A DNA stretch of 63,800 bases, counting the filler, from an uncultured Methanoregulaceae archaeon (lineage in GTDB: Archaea; Halobacteriota; Methanomicrobia; Methanomicrobiales; Methanospirillaceae): NCBI GenBank assembly GCA_964530035.1. It is 3 parts of 3 records of this genome, joined end to end, with 100 filler letters (N's around TTAATTAATTAA, not from the genome) between each part and the next. Parts side by side here need not be neighbours in the genome. Positions count along the whole stretch, not along the records: positions 1 to 23,867 come from CAZGXZ010000014.1; 2 more parts are not named here. One strand, 5' to 3'. Positions 1-11,614 of the stretch are shown piece by piece. How positions within the stretch are numbered: the first letter of the stretch is position 1; each line of letters begins with the position of its first letter. The translations under genes were made by a program, and so were the position numbers. Below the pieces are notes generated by a model, which saw only the letters and a list, made by a program, of their open reading frames with translations, ran no database searches and had not been told where the DNA came from.

Positions 1-399
1 ACTGTCACGCCTCAACACCTCTGCCAATCCCCCTTATTCCCGACTGCCATCAGGATATCCGGGGGTAAACCAACCGCACGTTGATCTGAGTGTGAATTGG
101 CATTTTTATGTATATATAATGATTCCTATATCGGACTTTTATAACTATATGCTGATATAAACCAAAATGCTGTTTTTCTGGGCAATGTCATAAATACTTT
201 GTTTTTTCTCATTATGCTGCCCATTCCGGGGAAACTGATAAAACTCCGGTATGGTCCTTAAAAAAATTATTATAGGTTTTGATAAATGTCGATGCACACC
301 AGGCCTGAAGCCACGGGCTTTTGGATGGAGAAATGGTACTATGGACGGTCAGGAAAAGATCGGTTCATGAAAAAAGAGGACAGGGGGTGGTATCCCCGG

Positions 400-2540
400 T
401 CAGGCAAGATAATCCGCAGGGGTGGGGATCTGTTCCTTGAGTCCCTTGCGTTTCCTGATACCAGTTACAACTTCCTTGACGAGGTTCTGGGGGACGAGTT
501 CGAACCCGGCAAACTCGGTGTTCCACATTGCCCGTCCTTCAGTTGCCGAACGGATATCCCCTGCAAACCCGAAGAGTTCAGCAACAGGTGCCTTTCCGAC
601 AACAGTTACCGTGTCTCCTTCAGACTGCATGTCAAGGACCTGCCCTCGCCTTCCCTGGATCTGGGTGGTCGCATTTCCCATCTGCTCGGTCGGAACGGTG
701 ATCTGGATCTTCTGAATCGGTTCGAGCAGGGAGTCGTTGGCCATGAGGATACCTGCTTTTACAGCACTTCGCACCGCAGGTATGACCTGGGCGGGACCCC
801 GGTGAATTGCATCCTCGTGGAGCTTGACATCCACCAGTCGTATTTTCAGGTTTTGGACGGGTTCGTCTGCGAGGGGGCCGCCTTCCAGGGCCTCGTTCAG
901 CCCTTCGAGTATCAGTTCCATCGTCTCGTTGAGGTACTGGATACCCTTCGTCATGTCCATAAACATGTTCGTCCCGACGATAGCCTTGACACTCTTAGCC
1001 TCTTCCTTGTCGATGCCGGCCTGGATGAGGACGTCACGGCGCTCAAGGGCCTGCTGGTTCATTGAGACATCGCCGTCCTTGATCATCTGCACGATATTGT
1101 CGGCAAGGGGCTCAATCTCGATATAGAACCTGTTGTGGCGGTTCGGGGACTTTCCTTCTACCGGACCGGCCTTGTTGGTGGCGGTCTCCCTGTAGACCAC
1201 GATAGGCTCTGAGGTGACAATCTCGACACCCTTGTCACGTTTTATGCGCCCGGTAACGATCTCAAGGTGAAGTTCGCCCATACCTGCGATAAGGTGTTCG
1301 CCGGTCTCCTCGTTGATCATGATCTTGAGCGTGGGGTCCTCCTTGGCGACCTGCCGAAGGACTTCGACCAGTTTGGGGAGGTCCTTCATGTTCTTCGCCT
1401 CGACCGCGACGGTCATGACGGGTTCGCTGTAGTGTTTCAAGGACTCGAACGGCGTCATATCCTGGAGAGAGGTCACGGTTGATCCGACGATTGCATCCTT
1501 GAGACCGGTCACGGCAGCAATGTTCCCGGCATACAGCTCATTGACCTCGACCCTGGTTGGACCCATGAAAATGCCGACCTGCTGGAGACGGTTCGCCTTC
1601 TTTGCGGTTCCCATGACGTACATCTCATCACCGCGCTTCAACTTGCCCGAGAACAGGCGGCCGGTCGCTACTTCACCCGCATGGGGGTCGAACGAGATAT
1701 CGGTGACCATCATGCAGGCCGGACCGTTGGGGTCGCAGCCGATCATCGCCTTGCCTTCGGCGGTTTCAGGGTCCCCATGCCAGATGATACGGGTACGCCG
1801 CTTCTGTGCGTCCAGGGGGTTTGGCAGTATACGGACCACCATGTCAAGCACGACATCGCAAAGAGGTGATTTCTTTGCAAGGGTCTTCATATCGTTAGAA
1901 CGACAGGCGTCGTAGACCTCCTTGAAGGAAATCCCGCTTTTCTTCATGTAGGGGGCTGAAACTGCCCAGTTATAGAGAGCTGAACCAAAGGCGACGGTAC
2001 CGGCCGAGGCATCCAGCTTCCAGCCCTTTTCGTACATCTCCTCGTTCATGCCCTTGATGAGCTTGTTGACCTTGTCGATGACACGCCCGAGCCTGATCTG
2101 CATCTCCATCTGATCGACTTTGAGCTCGTTGATCAGCCGGTCCACCTTGTTGATGAACAGAACGGGGCGGACCCCTTCCTTGAGCGCCTGGCGGAGCACC
2201 GTCTCGGTCTGGGGCATCGTTCCCTCAACAGCATCGACAAGGACGACAGCACCGTCAACAGCACGCATCGCCCTCGTCACGTCCCCACCGAAATCGACGT
2301 GTCCCGGGGTGTCGATCATGTTGATGAGGAACTCCTTGCCCTCGTATTCATGGACCATCGAGACGTTGCTTGCATCAATGGTAATTCCTCTCGCCTGCTC
2401 TTCTTCGTCAGAGTCCATGAACAGCTGTTTTCCAGCAAGTTCGTTGCTGATGATCCCTGCACCTGCAAGCAGGTTATCGGACAGGGTCGTCTTCCCGTGG
2501 TCGATATGACTCTTTCAACCGTCTTTTTGCCTCGGCTCAT
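400..2540 (-). CDS. fusA: Elongation factor 2 (aEF-2); N-terminus broken by an apparent frameshifting deletion near 2508
   Basis: [21 protein letters not shown] and NKVD G-motifs; diphthamide loop [11 protein letters not shown]; start [11 protein letters not shown] (2540) is in a different frame from the body. Confidence 0.97.
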
Positions 2541-2572
2541 GTGACAACCTCAAAAAACAGGATGGTGTTGAA

Positions 2573-3155
2573 TTATCGTGCTGATTTTGCGATCCTTTCG
2601 CGCTCTTCCCGCTTGTTCACGGAGTAGCACTTGATGTCTCCTTTTGAGGCGGCAATGAGCTCGTCGGCCAGCACCAACGAAACAGACTTTTTGCTGGTCT
2701 TCGAGGCATTGAAAACCCCTTCGGCGATGAAATCAAGGGCACTGTTGACCCGGCGCATCGGTGCGGTGTCAACCGACTTCGGCACATTGATGCCTCCATA
2801 CTTGAGCCTGACCGTTTCCTCCCTGGGACCTGAGTTGGCAATAGCCTCAACGAGGACCTGGACGGGGTTCTTCTTGGTCTTCTGGTTGATGATCTCGAAC
2901 GCGTCCTTGACGATCCGGATCGNNNNNNNNNNCGGTATTGACCTCGGTCTGCATCATCTTGTTGATCAGCCGTTCGACAATCAGCATGTGGCTCTTGTTA
3001 AACTCCTGTCTCGTGAACTTACCCCCGGAATGGGGCACGATCATCGAGCTGAAGTTGACGTACCTGACGATTCCGGGGTCGTTGACCTGGACCTCGGAAA
3101 CGTCCCATTTATTAAAGAGGAGCCGTGCCGGCCCGCTCTCCTGCTCTTCTGACAT
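2573..3155 (-). CDS. rps7: 30S ribosomal protein S7 (N gap 2923-2932)
   Basis: LFNKWD...IVERLINKMM before the gap, EERERIAKSAR C-terminus; S12-S7-EF2 order. Confidence 0.95.
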
Positions 3156-3162
3156 CAGGCGA

Positions 3163-3591
3163 TTACCTCCTCGGCTTCTCCTTCCGGCCAATGACCAGCT
3201 CGTGAAGGCTGACGTTGTTCACCTTGGTCACGACGTACCTGACTCCCGGGATATCACCCATGGAACGACCGAGACGGCCGCCAATCCCCTCGATCTCGAC
3301 CTCGTCGTGTTCGTCGATAAAGTTGATGGCACCGTCGCCGGTTGCGAATGCAGTGACCTGGCGCCCGTTCTTGATGAGCTGGACGCGTACGCATTTCCTG
3401 ATTGCCGAGTTGGGCTGCTTGGCCTCAACTCCGATCTTCTCAAGGACAATCCCCCTGCCTTGCGGAGCTCCCTCCAGGGGGTCTGACTTGAGGTCAAGCC
3501 GATCAAGACGGCGTGCGACATTCGGGTCGCTCCACCTGAACTTCTTTGAGTCGCGAATCAGCTTTCTCGCTGCAAATTTACCCTGTCCCAT
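3163..3591 (-). CDS. rps12: 30S ribosomal protein S12
   Basis: [19 protein letters not shown] and GDIPGVRY signatures. Confidence 0.98.
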   Translation of the reverse strand: MGQGKFAARKLIRDSKKFRWSDPNVARRLDRLDLKSDPLEGAPQGRGIVLEKIGVEAKQPNSAIRKCVRVQLIKNGRQVTAFATGDGAINFIDEHDEVEIEGIGGRLGRSMGDIPGVRYVVTKVNNVSLHELVIGRKEKPRR

Positions 3592-3660
3592 GAAATATCC
3601 TCAATTCTCGTGTTTTTGAAAGCGGGGAAATCCCGATCTGAGATATGATCAGACGCGCGG

Positions 3661-3736
3661 AAAGAATTTATATATTCCCTCATACCCTCCGCTTGTCTGT
3701 ATACGTGTATCCCCATGGATAATAATCTTATATCCT
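3661..3736. promoter_or_regulatory. Divergent TATA boxes for rps12 (-) and queD (+)
   Basis: TTTATATA near 3667-3674 and TTTATAT near 3728-3734; the latter is ~25 nt before the queD ATG, consistent with a leaderless transcript. Confidence 0.5.
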
Positions 3737-3756
3737 TCGCCGCAAAGGTGTAAAGG

Positions 3757-4170
3757 ATGCGCTTCCGGATTTACAAGGAGGTTTCCTTTGACGCTAGCCA
3801 CCGGCTGCTTCACTATGATGGGAAGTGTGCCCGGCTCCATGGCCACCGGTGGAAGGTCGAGGTCTGGATGTCCGGAGAGATCTCCCACGAAGATAAGATT
3901 CTCTTTGATTATAACACCATCAGGGAGCTCGTGGAACAGTTCGACCACCAGGTCATCCTCAACAGGGAGGACCCGATGGTTGTTGCGTTGCAGCCATTCC
4001 AGCCGGTCCTCACCACACCCGGGGACCCGACGAGCGAGCTGCTTGCCCTGCTGATCAGGGAAGCCCTGACCATGGAGAGCTCGGAAGAAGGCCGCGATAT
4101 CAGCGTTGACAAGATCAGGGTGTGGGAATCACCGACCTGTTATGCAGAACTCGTGCATGAAGGTGAATGA
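3757..4170 (+). CDS. queD: 6-carboxytetrahydropterin synthase
   Basis: FDASH, CARLHGH, FDH, ESPTC motifs. Confidence 0.92.
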   Translation: MRFRIYKEVSFDASHRLLHYDGKCARLHGHRWKVEVWMSGEISHEDKILFDYNTIRELVEQFDHQVILNREDPMVVALQPFQPVLTTPGDPTSELLALLIREALTMESSEEGRDISVDKIRVWESPTCYAELVHEGE

Positions 4171-4768
4171 GATATTCACAAGCCTGCAGGGGGAGGGTAA
4201 AAACCAGGGCTACCCCTGCACTTTTATTCGTCTTTCAGGCTGCAACCTTGCCTGTTCCTGGTGTGACACCCCGGGTTCACGGGAATTTTCCGGGTCCGAT
4301 GCCTCTCCCGACGAAGTCCTTCATGCGGTCGAAAATGCTGGAAACCACCGGGTATGTATCACGGGAGGCGAGCCGCTCCTCCAGACAGAATCTCTTCTGC
4401 CACTCCTCAGGATCCTGAAGGAGAAAGGGTTCGATGTGGAGATAGAGACCAACGGAACGGTACCTATTCAACCGGTGCTGCCGTATGCGACCGTCTGTAT
4501 GGACATCAAGTGCCCTTCGTCAGGGATGGAGAGCGACCTGTCTCTTCTTGCCGACATCCGCAGGACGGATACAGTAAAGTTCGTCGTGGCAGACAGAACG
4601 GACTGTGAATTTGCCCATGAGACCATGGAGTCACAGATTATCAGGGGAGAGATATTCCTTTCACCGGTATGGGGATCAGATATCCATGAAACTGCCATCT
4701 ATCTGGCCAGTAAACGCCTGCCGGCTCGCCTGCAGGTGCAACTCCATAAAATCATCGGTTTCAGGTGA
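4157..4768 (+). CDS. queE: 7-carboxy-7-deazaguanine synthase (radical SAM)
   Basis: SLQGEG, CNLACSWCDT, TGGEP, ETNG, QLHK. Confidence 0.92.
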   Translation: MKVNEIFTSLQGEGKNQGYPCTFIRLSGCNLACSWCDTPGSREFSGSDASPDEVLHAVENAGNHRVCITGGEPLLQTESLLPLLRILKEKGFDVEIETNGTVPIQPVLPYATVCMDIKCPSSGMESDLSLLADIRRTDTVKFVVADRTDCEFAHETMESQIIRGEIFLSPVWGSDIHETAIYLASKRLPARLQVQLHKIIGFR

Positions 4769-4785
4769 GATGGGGGCAAGGGAGA

Positions 4786-5286
4786 ATGACTGAATTATAC
4801 CGGGGAAAGAGGCTTTGGGTAGAGAAGGAAGAATTTCTCCTCCCCAATGGCAGAAAAAAGGAAGGTGTTGTCATACACCCCGGTGATGCCGTCGTCATCC
4901 TCCCGTTCGAGGCCGGTGAATGCCTTTTGCTCCGCCAGTACCGATTTGCGGTTGGCGATTGGATCCTCGAGGCCCCGGCAGGGACCATGAACAAAGGGGA
5001 GACTCCGGGTGAATGCGCCAGGCGGGAACTGATCGAAGAAACGGGATTTCATGCCACTACCCTCATCCCCAGGGGAGCAATCATGACAACACCCGGTTTC
5101 ACCGATGAGCGGCTGTTCCTCTTCGAGGCACGTGACCTCATCCCTTCGGACGAGTTTCGACCTGATGACGACGAGGTTATCGAGACCATGCGGGTACCGG
5201 TCCCGGAGGTAAGGGAGATGATCCTTGACGGACGGATATCGGATGCAAAAACAATATGTGTTTTTTACAGGTGTGTCCAGCCTTGA
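4786..5286 (+). CDS. NUDIX hydrolase (ADP-ribose pyrophosphatase-like)
   Basis: Nudix box GTMNKGETPGECARRELIEETG; I.DAKT tail. Confidence 0.9.
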   Translation: MTELYRGKRLWVEKEEFLLPNGRKKEGVVIHPGDAVVILPFEAGECLLLRQYRFAVGDWILEAPAGTMNKGETPGECARRELIEETGFHATTLIPRGAIMTTPGFTDERLFLFEARDLIPSDEFRPDDDEVIETMRVPVPEVREMILDGRISDAKTICVFYRCVQP

Positions 5287-6170
5287 AGATTTTCGCCTGC
5301 CTGGTCCTCCTGCTCGCGGTGACTCTCTTCATCCCGGGCTGTACAGTCCCTCCGAAGGACCTGCCGCAGTATGAGGTGAACCGTTCGGGAATAGTGACCC
5401 TTTCATGCCCGGAATATACCGTTGACGTGTCCCCGCTGTCGGTGTCAGGGAATGTCACCCTCTCCCGGCTTACCTTCACCTCAGGAAAAGACCGTTTTTA
5501 CGCTCTCCTGGGGTCACCGCCGCACCCTGCCGCGGGGCTTGTCATGTCGCCCGGTGCCGGCGTAATGAAAGAGAGTCATCAAGACCGTGCACGCGGGTAT
5601 GCAGACCGGGGGTATGCCTTCCTGGTAATCGATGTCAGGGGGAACGGTGGGGAGACACCGGGTCACCCCCTTGACCCGGAGTCTGATTATGCTGCATTCA
5701 GGGAGGGTAATGTACCGCAGTACTACCTGAGTGTGTGCGACATGATCTCAGCCCGCAAGTACCTTTCGCAGCGGTTCGGGATCCCGGTGGTCCACATGGG
5801 TGACAGCAACGGCGGGCGCTACGCGGCTCTTGCCGCCGCAACAGATCCTGGATCTGCCGGATACATCGGGATCTCCACTTCGGGGTTCGGACGCCTGGGA
5901 GATGAGTATACCGGGGATGCCCGGACATTCCTCCTCTCGATTGACCCCGAAGTCTATGTCCCGCTCATCAGTCCACGGCCGGTGATTATTTTCCATTCGG
6001 AAAAAGACCAGGTAATCTCATTTTCGGAGGGGCAAAACCTGTTTTCGGCTGCATCTGGTCCAAAGGAGTTCGTGGTGTTCAACGGCACCCATGGCATCAA
6101 TGATGAGGTTGACACCGCCATCGGTTCACGTATGCTCACCTTTATGGGTGCGCGGCACGAAGGTCTATAA
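5283..6170 (+). CDS. Lipoprotein alpha/beta hydrolase
   Basis: Hydrophobic leader ending IPGC; G-D-S-N-G nucleophile motif, DQVI, GTHG. Confidence 0.8.
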   Translation: MKIFACLVLLLAVTLFIPGCTVPPKDLPQYEVNRSGIVTLSCPEYTVDVSPLSVSGNVTLSRLTFTSGKDRFYALLGSPPHPAAGLVMSPGAGVMKESHQDRARGYADRGYAFLVIDVRGNGGETPGHPLDPESDYAAFREGNVPQYYLSVCDMISARKYLSQRFGIPVVHMGDSNGGRYAALAAATDPGSAGYIGISTSGFGRLGDEYTGDARTFLLSIDPEVYVPLISPRPVIIFHSEKDQVISFSEGQNLFSAASGPKEFVVFNGTHGINDEVDTAIGSRMLTFMGARHEGL

Positions 6171-6194
6171 GCTTTTCATATTGTGGTGACGGGA

Positions 6195-7463
6195 ATGGCA
6201 GAAGCGGAACACGGGGACGCCCGGAAGCGGTATGAATTCAAGAAAGTGCTCGAGCGGCTCGAAAACAAGGAAGGCAGCGGGACCGAGCTGATATCCCTCT
6301 ATATCCCCCCAGACAAGCAGATCTACGATGTCACCGCACAGCTCCGTGATGAGTTCGGGCAGTGTTCGAATATCAAGAGCAAGCAGACGAGGACGAATGT
6401 CCAGAGTGCCATCTCCTCCATCCTCTCGCGGTTAAAATACTACAAGAAGCCACCGGAAAACGGTATGGCGGTTTTCTGCGGTACTATCAACGTCGGGGGC
6501 GACCGCACCGATCTCGAGTGCACGATTATCGACCCGCCGGAGCCCCTTAACCTCTATCTCTACCGCTGCAGTTCCAATTTCGAGCTGGAGCCACTGAAGG
6601 AGATGCTCGAGGAGAAGTTCGTATATGGGCTGCTCGTCCTTGACAGGAGAGAGGCATACTGGGGATTCCTCAGGGGGAACCGTATTGATCCGATCGGGGG
6701 GACCACCTCGACCGTGCCCGGAAAGCAACGAAAGGGCGGGCAGTCGAGTGTCAGGTTCCAGAGGTTGCGCGAGATCGCCATCAATGAGTTCTATGTAAAG
6801 GTCGGCGAACGGTCAAGCAACGCCTTCCTCGCAGAGAAAGACTTTTTCGAGAGGTTTAAGGGGCTGCTTGTCGGCGGGCCGAGCCCGACGAAGGAGGAGT
6901 TCGAAGCCGGGTCCTACCTCCACCACGAGGTGCAGAAAAGGATTATCGGACTGTTCGATGTTGCCTATACCAATGAAAGCGGTCTTTCGGAACTCGTGGA
7001 CGCAGCCAAGGACGCCCTGAAAGGTCAGGAAGTAATCAAGGAAAAGGCGATCATGGACCGTTTCTTAAAGGAACTGGTAAAAGAAGAGAGTCTTGCAAGT
7101 TATGGCGAGGCCAGCGTGAGGAAAAACCTGGAACTCGGCGCTGTCGATACGCTCCTCCTCTCCAATATGCTGAGAAAGTCGCGGATAAAGGTGGTATGCG
7201 GGGCATGTGGTCACTCAATTGAGAAAACCGTTGAGACAGGCCCTGGACAGGACCCGGCATCCCTCGACCATGGCAACTGTCCGTCGTGCTCCTCTCCGCT
7301 CGCTGTTGACTCGGAGTCCGACATCGTCGACGAGCTCACCCTTCTCGCTGACGGCAGCAATGCAAAGGTCGAGATCATCTCCGATGACTTTGAGGAGGGT
7401 TCGATCCTCTACTCGGCCTTCGGGGGTATCGCCGCTATTCTCAGGTACAGGACGGGGTTCTGA
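6195..7463 (+). CDS. prf1: Peptide chain release factor aRF1
   Basis: NIKS, YRC and GGQS motifs. Confidence 0.97.
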   Translation: MAEAEHGDARKRYEFKKVLERLENKEGSGTELISLYIPPDKQIYDVTAQLRDEFGQCSNIKSKQTRTNVQSAISSILSRLKYYKKPPENGMAVFCGTINVGGDRTDLECTIIDPPEPLNLYLYRCSSNFELEPLKEMLEEKFVYGLLVLDRREAYWGFLRGNRIDPIGGTTSTVPGKQRKGGQSSVRFQRLREIAINEFYVKVGERSSNAFLAEKDFFERFKGLLVGGPSPTKEEFEAGSYLHHEVQKRIIGLFDVAYTNESGLSELVDAAKDALKGQEVIKEKAIMDRFLKELVKEESLASYGEASVRKNLELGAVDTLLLSNMLRKSRIKVVCGACGHSIEKTVETGPGQDPASLDHGNCPSCSSPLAVDSESDIVDELTLLADGSNAKVEIISDDFEEGSILYSAFGGIAAILRYRTGF

Positions 7464-9130
7464 TGTTCAATGAACGGCTTAGCCTGATCGCAGGGATCCT
7501 CACCGATGAGACGGGGTCTGAAGACGCATTCCTGACTGAAGGTGGGGAGCATGCCGACCTGGCTTCAACCATTGCGTTTTCCCTTGCAAAGCAGAGAAAG
7601 GCTGCACCTCACAAGATTGCCCCTGAAATCGCCTCTCAAATAAGGGAACGGGTTAAGTCCGAGGCAGGGGCTGATGTAACGGTTTCCGGCCCGTACCTTA
7701 ATTTCAGTTTTACGGATGACTATGCGGACAGGGCAGTATTGGCAGCCCTGAAGCCGGAATTTGGGTATCTTGGGGGCAGCCGGCAGAGGACGGTACTGGA
7801 ACATACCAGTGCCAACCCGAACGGGCCCCTCCATGTCGGGCATATCAGGAACACGGTCATCGGGGACACCCTTTCACGGTGTTTCAGGAAGGCAGGCAGG
7901 AAAACCGAGGTCCAGTACTATGTAAACGACATGGGGCGCCAGATAGCCATCGTGGTCTGGGGTTTTGACAGATTCAGGAAGCCCCTCGAGTCCCTGGAAA
8001 AGGGAGACCACCATGTTGCCTCGGTCTACATCGACGCCAACCGCGACCTCAAGGAAGACCCATCCCTGACGGCAGAGGTCGACCGCCTTATGCAGATGGT
8101 CGAATCAGGGGACCCGGACACCGTCCGGCGTTTTCGTTCTGCCGTAACCCGCTGCCTTGAGGGGTTCAGGGTCACGCTCGGTGACCTCAATGCAAAGCAT
8201 GACCGGTTTGTCTGGGAGAGTGACTTCATCAGGAACGGTGATACGGGCCGGGTCATCGCGAGGTTCGACAGGCTCCCTGAGTGCCGGCACGAGGAGACCC
8301 TCAACCTCGACCTCACCTCGTGCGGGTTCGAGAAGAATTACGTGCTCCGCAGGAGTGACGGGACCACGGTCTATGCGGCGCGTGACATAGCATACCACAT
8401 ATGGAAAGGCCGGAACTTCGACCGGATGATCGATGTCCTTGGCGCCGACCACAAGCTCATCGGGGCGCAGCTCTCGGCAGCTCTCCGGCTCCTCGGCGAG
8501 AAAGCCCCTGAAATCGTCTTTTTCGAATTTGTCTCCCTACCCGAGGGTTCGATGAGCACACGGGCAGGAAAGTTCATCTCAGCGGATGAGCTGATCGCGG
8601 AGGTCAGGAAGAAAGCCTTCCAGGAGGTCACGACCAGGAGGCCCGAGCTCCCGGTCGAAGAACGGGAGAAGATTGCCGCCTCTGTCGCCATAGCCGCGAT
8701 CAGGTACGATATTGTCAAGGTATCAGCCGAGAAGGCGACGGTTTTTGACTGGAACGAGGCTCTCGACTTCGAACGGCAGTCCGGTCCGTACATCCAGTAT
8801 GCCCACGCACGGGCATGCAGCATCCTTGAAAAGGCAGGGGATTTCAACACCGTCTCCAGGGTTTCGATGCCTACCGAGATTGCACTCGCGAAGCAGATCG
8901 GCAAGTTCCCCTATGTCCTTGAGAGAGTTATCACCGACCTGAAACCGGCATACCTTGCACTGTATGCACGGGACCTCGCGGACCTGTTCAACGCATTCTA
9001 CCACGCTGAACCGGTTCTCAAGGCAGAGGGCGGGGAACGGGACGCCCGCCTGACCCTTGTCCTCGCCTCCCAGTTGACCCTGAAAAACGTCCTTGAGACG
9101 CTGGGGATCGATGCCGTCAGATCCATGTGA
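7463..9130 (+). CDS. argS: Arginine--tRNA ligase
   Basis: SANPNGPLHVGH, MSTRAG, YIQYAHAR. Confidence 0.97.
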   Translation: MFNERLSLIAGILTDETGSEDAFLTEGGEHADLASTIAFSLAKQRKAAPHKIAPEIASQIRERVKSEAGADVTVSGPYLNFSFTDDYADRAVLAALKPEFGYLGGSRQRTVLEHTSANPNGPLHVGHIRNTVIGDTLSRCFRKAGRKTEVQYYVNDMGRQIAIVVWGFDRFRKPLESLEKGDHHVASVYIDANRDLKEDPSLTAEVDRLMQMVESGDPDTVRRFRSAVTRCLEGFRVTLGDLNAKHDRFVWESDFIRNGDTGRVIARFDRLPECRHEETLNLDLTSCGFEKNYVLRRSDGTTVYAARDIAYHIWKGRNFDRMIDVLGADHKLIGAQLSAALRLLGEKAPEIVFFEFVSLPEGSMSTRAGKFISADELIAEVRKKAFQEVTTRRPELPVEEREKIAASVAIAAIRYDIVKVSAEKATVFDWNEALDFERQSGPYIQYAHARACSILEKAGDFNTVSRVSMPTEIALAKQIGKFPYVLERVITDLKPAYLALYARDLADLFNAFYHAEPVLKAEGGERDARLTLVLASQLTLKNVLETLGIDAVRSM

Positions 9131-10004
9131 CCGGCTCCGAAGGCAGGGATACCTTTTTTTCGACGACCGGTCATCCGCGGCGCTGAAACCGTGTCTCTGG
9201 TGCAAGCGGGCGCTTACCGGCGGTGAGCAGTGCTACAAGCACCAGTTCTATGGTATCTCAAGCCATCGCTGCGCACAGATTGCACCTACACTGACCTGCA
9301 ACCATCGCTGCCTGTTCTGCTGGAGGGCGATGGAACACGAGGTCAGCGATGAGGAGCAGTGTGCACCGGAGACCATTGTCGCGTCACTTACGAAACTCCA
9401 GAAGAAGGCTCTGGCGGGGTACAAACCTTCCCATGGCGTGAGCGCGGAGCGTTTCAACGAAGCTATCCACCCGGACCAGGTCGCCATTTCCCTTTCAGGA
9501 GAGCCCACCCTGTACCGGGAACTCCCGAGACTTGTCGACCTCCTGAACAGGAACGGCTGCACGACGTTCCTGGTTTCAAACGGGACAAACCCTGACATGC
9601 TCGAACGCTGCAGTCCATACCAGACCTATGTGTCCCTCACCGCCCCCGACCGCTCCACGTACCTCATGATTGCCCGCCCGGACGAGGACTACTGGGACAG
9701 GATACAGGAGAGCCTTCAGGTGCTGTCATCCAGGCGTTCCGCGGTCCGTATCACCCTCGTCCAGGGGATAAACGACCATGATGCACGCCATTACGGCAGG
9801 ATGATACGGGACTCGGGGGCCACGTTTGTCGAGGTGAAGGGATATATGTATCTCGGATACAGTCGAAACCGCTTAACACGCGACCATATGCCGGCCCACG
9901 AGCGTGTCCGCTCCTTTGCGGAAGCCGTGGCGCTATCGGCGGGATACAGGCTCAGGGACGAGAACGTACCTTCCCGCGTGGTCTGCCTGGAGCGATCGGG
10001 ATGA
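9111..10004 (+). CDS. taw1: 4-demethylwyosine synthase (radical SAM)
   Basis: [36 protein letters not shown]. Confidence 0.93.
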   Translation: MPSDPCDRLRRQGYLFFDDRSSAALKPCLWCKRALTGGEQCYKHQFYGISSHRCAQIAPTLTCNHRCLFCWRAMEHEVSDEEQCAPETIVASLTKLQKKALAGYKPSHGVSAERFNEAIHPDQVAISLSGEPTLYRELPRLVDLLNRNGCTTFLVSNGTNPDMLERCSPYQTYVSLTAPDRSTYLMIARPDEDYWDRIQESLQVLSSRRSAVRITLVQGINDHDARHYGRMIRDSGATFVEVKGYMYLGYSRNRLTRDHMPAHERVRSFAEAVALSAGYRLRDENVPSRVVCLERSG

Positions 10005-11593
10005 GGTTTGATACAGAAGCATACCGGAAACGAACTCGGGACGATTTTGAAAAAGCCTGGCACGATGGCCCGAATGTCCTGACTCCCCCGCGCCAGGACA
10101 TGCGTTACCCCTGCCGCACCTATCGCAGGGCGGCGCCGCACCCGGTGTTTGATACGATCAGCCGGCTCAGGAACACCTACCTCGCAATGGGTTTTGACGA
10201 GGGATCAAACCCGGTATTCATCGAGGAACAGGAAGTGTACCGCCAGTTCGGGCCTGAAGCAATGGCCGTCCTTGACCGGGTATTTTACCTGGGGGGGCTG
10301 CCCCGGCCAAATGTGGGCATCGGCAGGGACCAATTGATGAGGGTCGGAGAAATTGCCGGGCGGCAGTTGTCTCCCGACGAAGAAGAGGGCTTCCGGGAGA
10401 CACTTCACAAGTACAAGAAAGGGACGATAGACGGTGATGACCTCGTCCACGAGATATCTGTCGTGCTGAAAACTGATGATGCACGGGTGGTCCAGGTGCT
10501 AGACCAGGTTTTTCCCGAGTTCAGGGCCCTTGCACCCGAGTCTTCCCGGACAACACTCAGGTCTCACATGACAAGCGGCTGGTTCCTGACCCTGTCAGCC
10601 ATATGGGAGCGGGTCCCGGTTCCCATCAGGCTCTTCTCGGTCGACCGGTGCTTTCGGAGGGAACAGGCAGAGGGCCCGACCAGGCTCATGACCTACCACT
10701 CGGCATCCTGTGTCGTCGCTGGTGATGATATTACCAATGAAGAGGGCAAGGCGGTTTCTGAAGCCCTCCTATCAGCCTTTGGTTTTTCCGATTTCTCGTT
10801 CAGGCCAGACGAGAAGCGATCGAAGTACTATATGCCCGGAAGCCAGACCGAGGTCTATGCCAGGCACCCGACCCATGGATGGGTCGAGGTCGCAACATTC
10901 GGGATGTACTCACCCTCCGCCCTTGCGGAGTACGGGATAGGGATCCCTGTCATGAACCTTGGCCTCGGGGTTGAACGCCTCGCCATGATCATCCATGGAG
11001 CCTCGGATGTAAGGCAGATGGTGTACCCCCAGTTCTTCGCGAGGTCCTTTTCTGACCTTGAGATCGCCCGCTCTATTACGTTCAGGGAGGAACCTGGGTC
11101 AACCGAAGGCAGGTTCATGGCCTTTGCCATTGAAAAGGCAGCCCGCGACCATGCTGAGGCAGTCGGGCCCTGCTCATTCACCGCGTGGGAGGGCACACTT
11201 GGTGGGCACATGACCAGGGTTTTCGTGGAAGAACCTGAGGAAAAGGCAAAACTGCTCGGTCCGGCATGCATGAACGAGGTATTCGTCCACCAGGGCTCTG
11301 TCCTCGGTCTTCCTGACCAGGAGAAATGGGCCTCAGTCAGGAGCGAGGGGAGCAGGACCGGGATTACATTCCTTTCGAGCGTGGCTGCGCAGGCTGCCTC
11401 ACGGGTAGAGGAAGCGGCACGGTGCGGAACAGGTACAACGGTCCAGGTGAAAATGGCAAAACTCCCAAGCGATGTCAACCTGAAAATCGCTGACCACGCC
11501 ATGAGATACATCACCGACAACAAGAAGAAAGTCGATGTCAGGGGGCCGGTTTTCTTCACCGTCAGGAGTGAGATCCTCCCGGCTCCGGAATAA
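10001..11593 (+). CDS. sepS: O-phosphoserine--tRNA(Cys) ligase
   Basis: [36 protein letters not shown]. Confidence 0.96.
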   Translation: MRFDTEAYRKRTRDDFEKAWHDGPNVLTPPRQDMRYPCRTYRRAAPHPVFDTISRLRNTYLAMGFDEGSNPVFIEEQEVYRQFGPEAMAVLDRVFYLGGLPRPNVGIGRDQLMRVGEIAGRQLSPDEEEGFRETLHKYKKGTIDGDDLVHEISVVLKTDDARVVQVLDQVFPEFRALAPESSRTTLRSHMTSGWFLTLSAIWERVPVPIRLFSVDRCFRREQAEGPTRLMTYHSASCVVAGDDITNEEGKAVSEALLSAFGFSDFSFRPDEKRSKYYMPGSQTEVYARHPTHGWVEVATFGMYSPSALAEYGIGIPVMNLGLGVERLAMIIHGASDVRQMVYPQFFARSFSDLEIARSITFREEPGSTEGRFMAFAIEKAARDHAEAVGPCSFTAWEGTLGGHMTRVFVEEPEEKAKLLGPACMNEVFVHQGSVLGLPDQEKWASVRSEGSRTGITFLSSVAAQAASRVEEAARCGTGTTVQVKMAKLPSDVNLKIADHAMRYITDNKKKVDVRGPVFFTVRSEILPAPE

Positions 11594-11614
11594 ATTTCAC
11601 GAATCCTGAAAGTA

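Noticed and set aside
2923..2932. Split rps7, shortened Hef (61123-61132) and partial tRNA-Ala
   Set aside because: Explained by N gaps, not pseudogenisation
7190..7295. CxxC...CxxC insert in aRF1
   Set aside because: Zinc-ribbon-type insert already known in domain 3 of euryarchaeal aRF1
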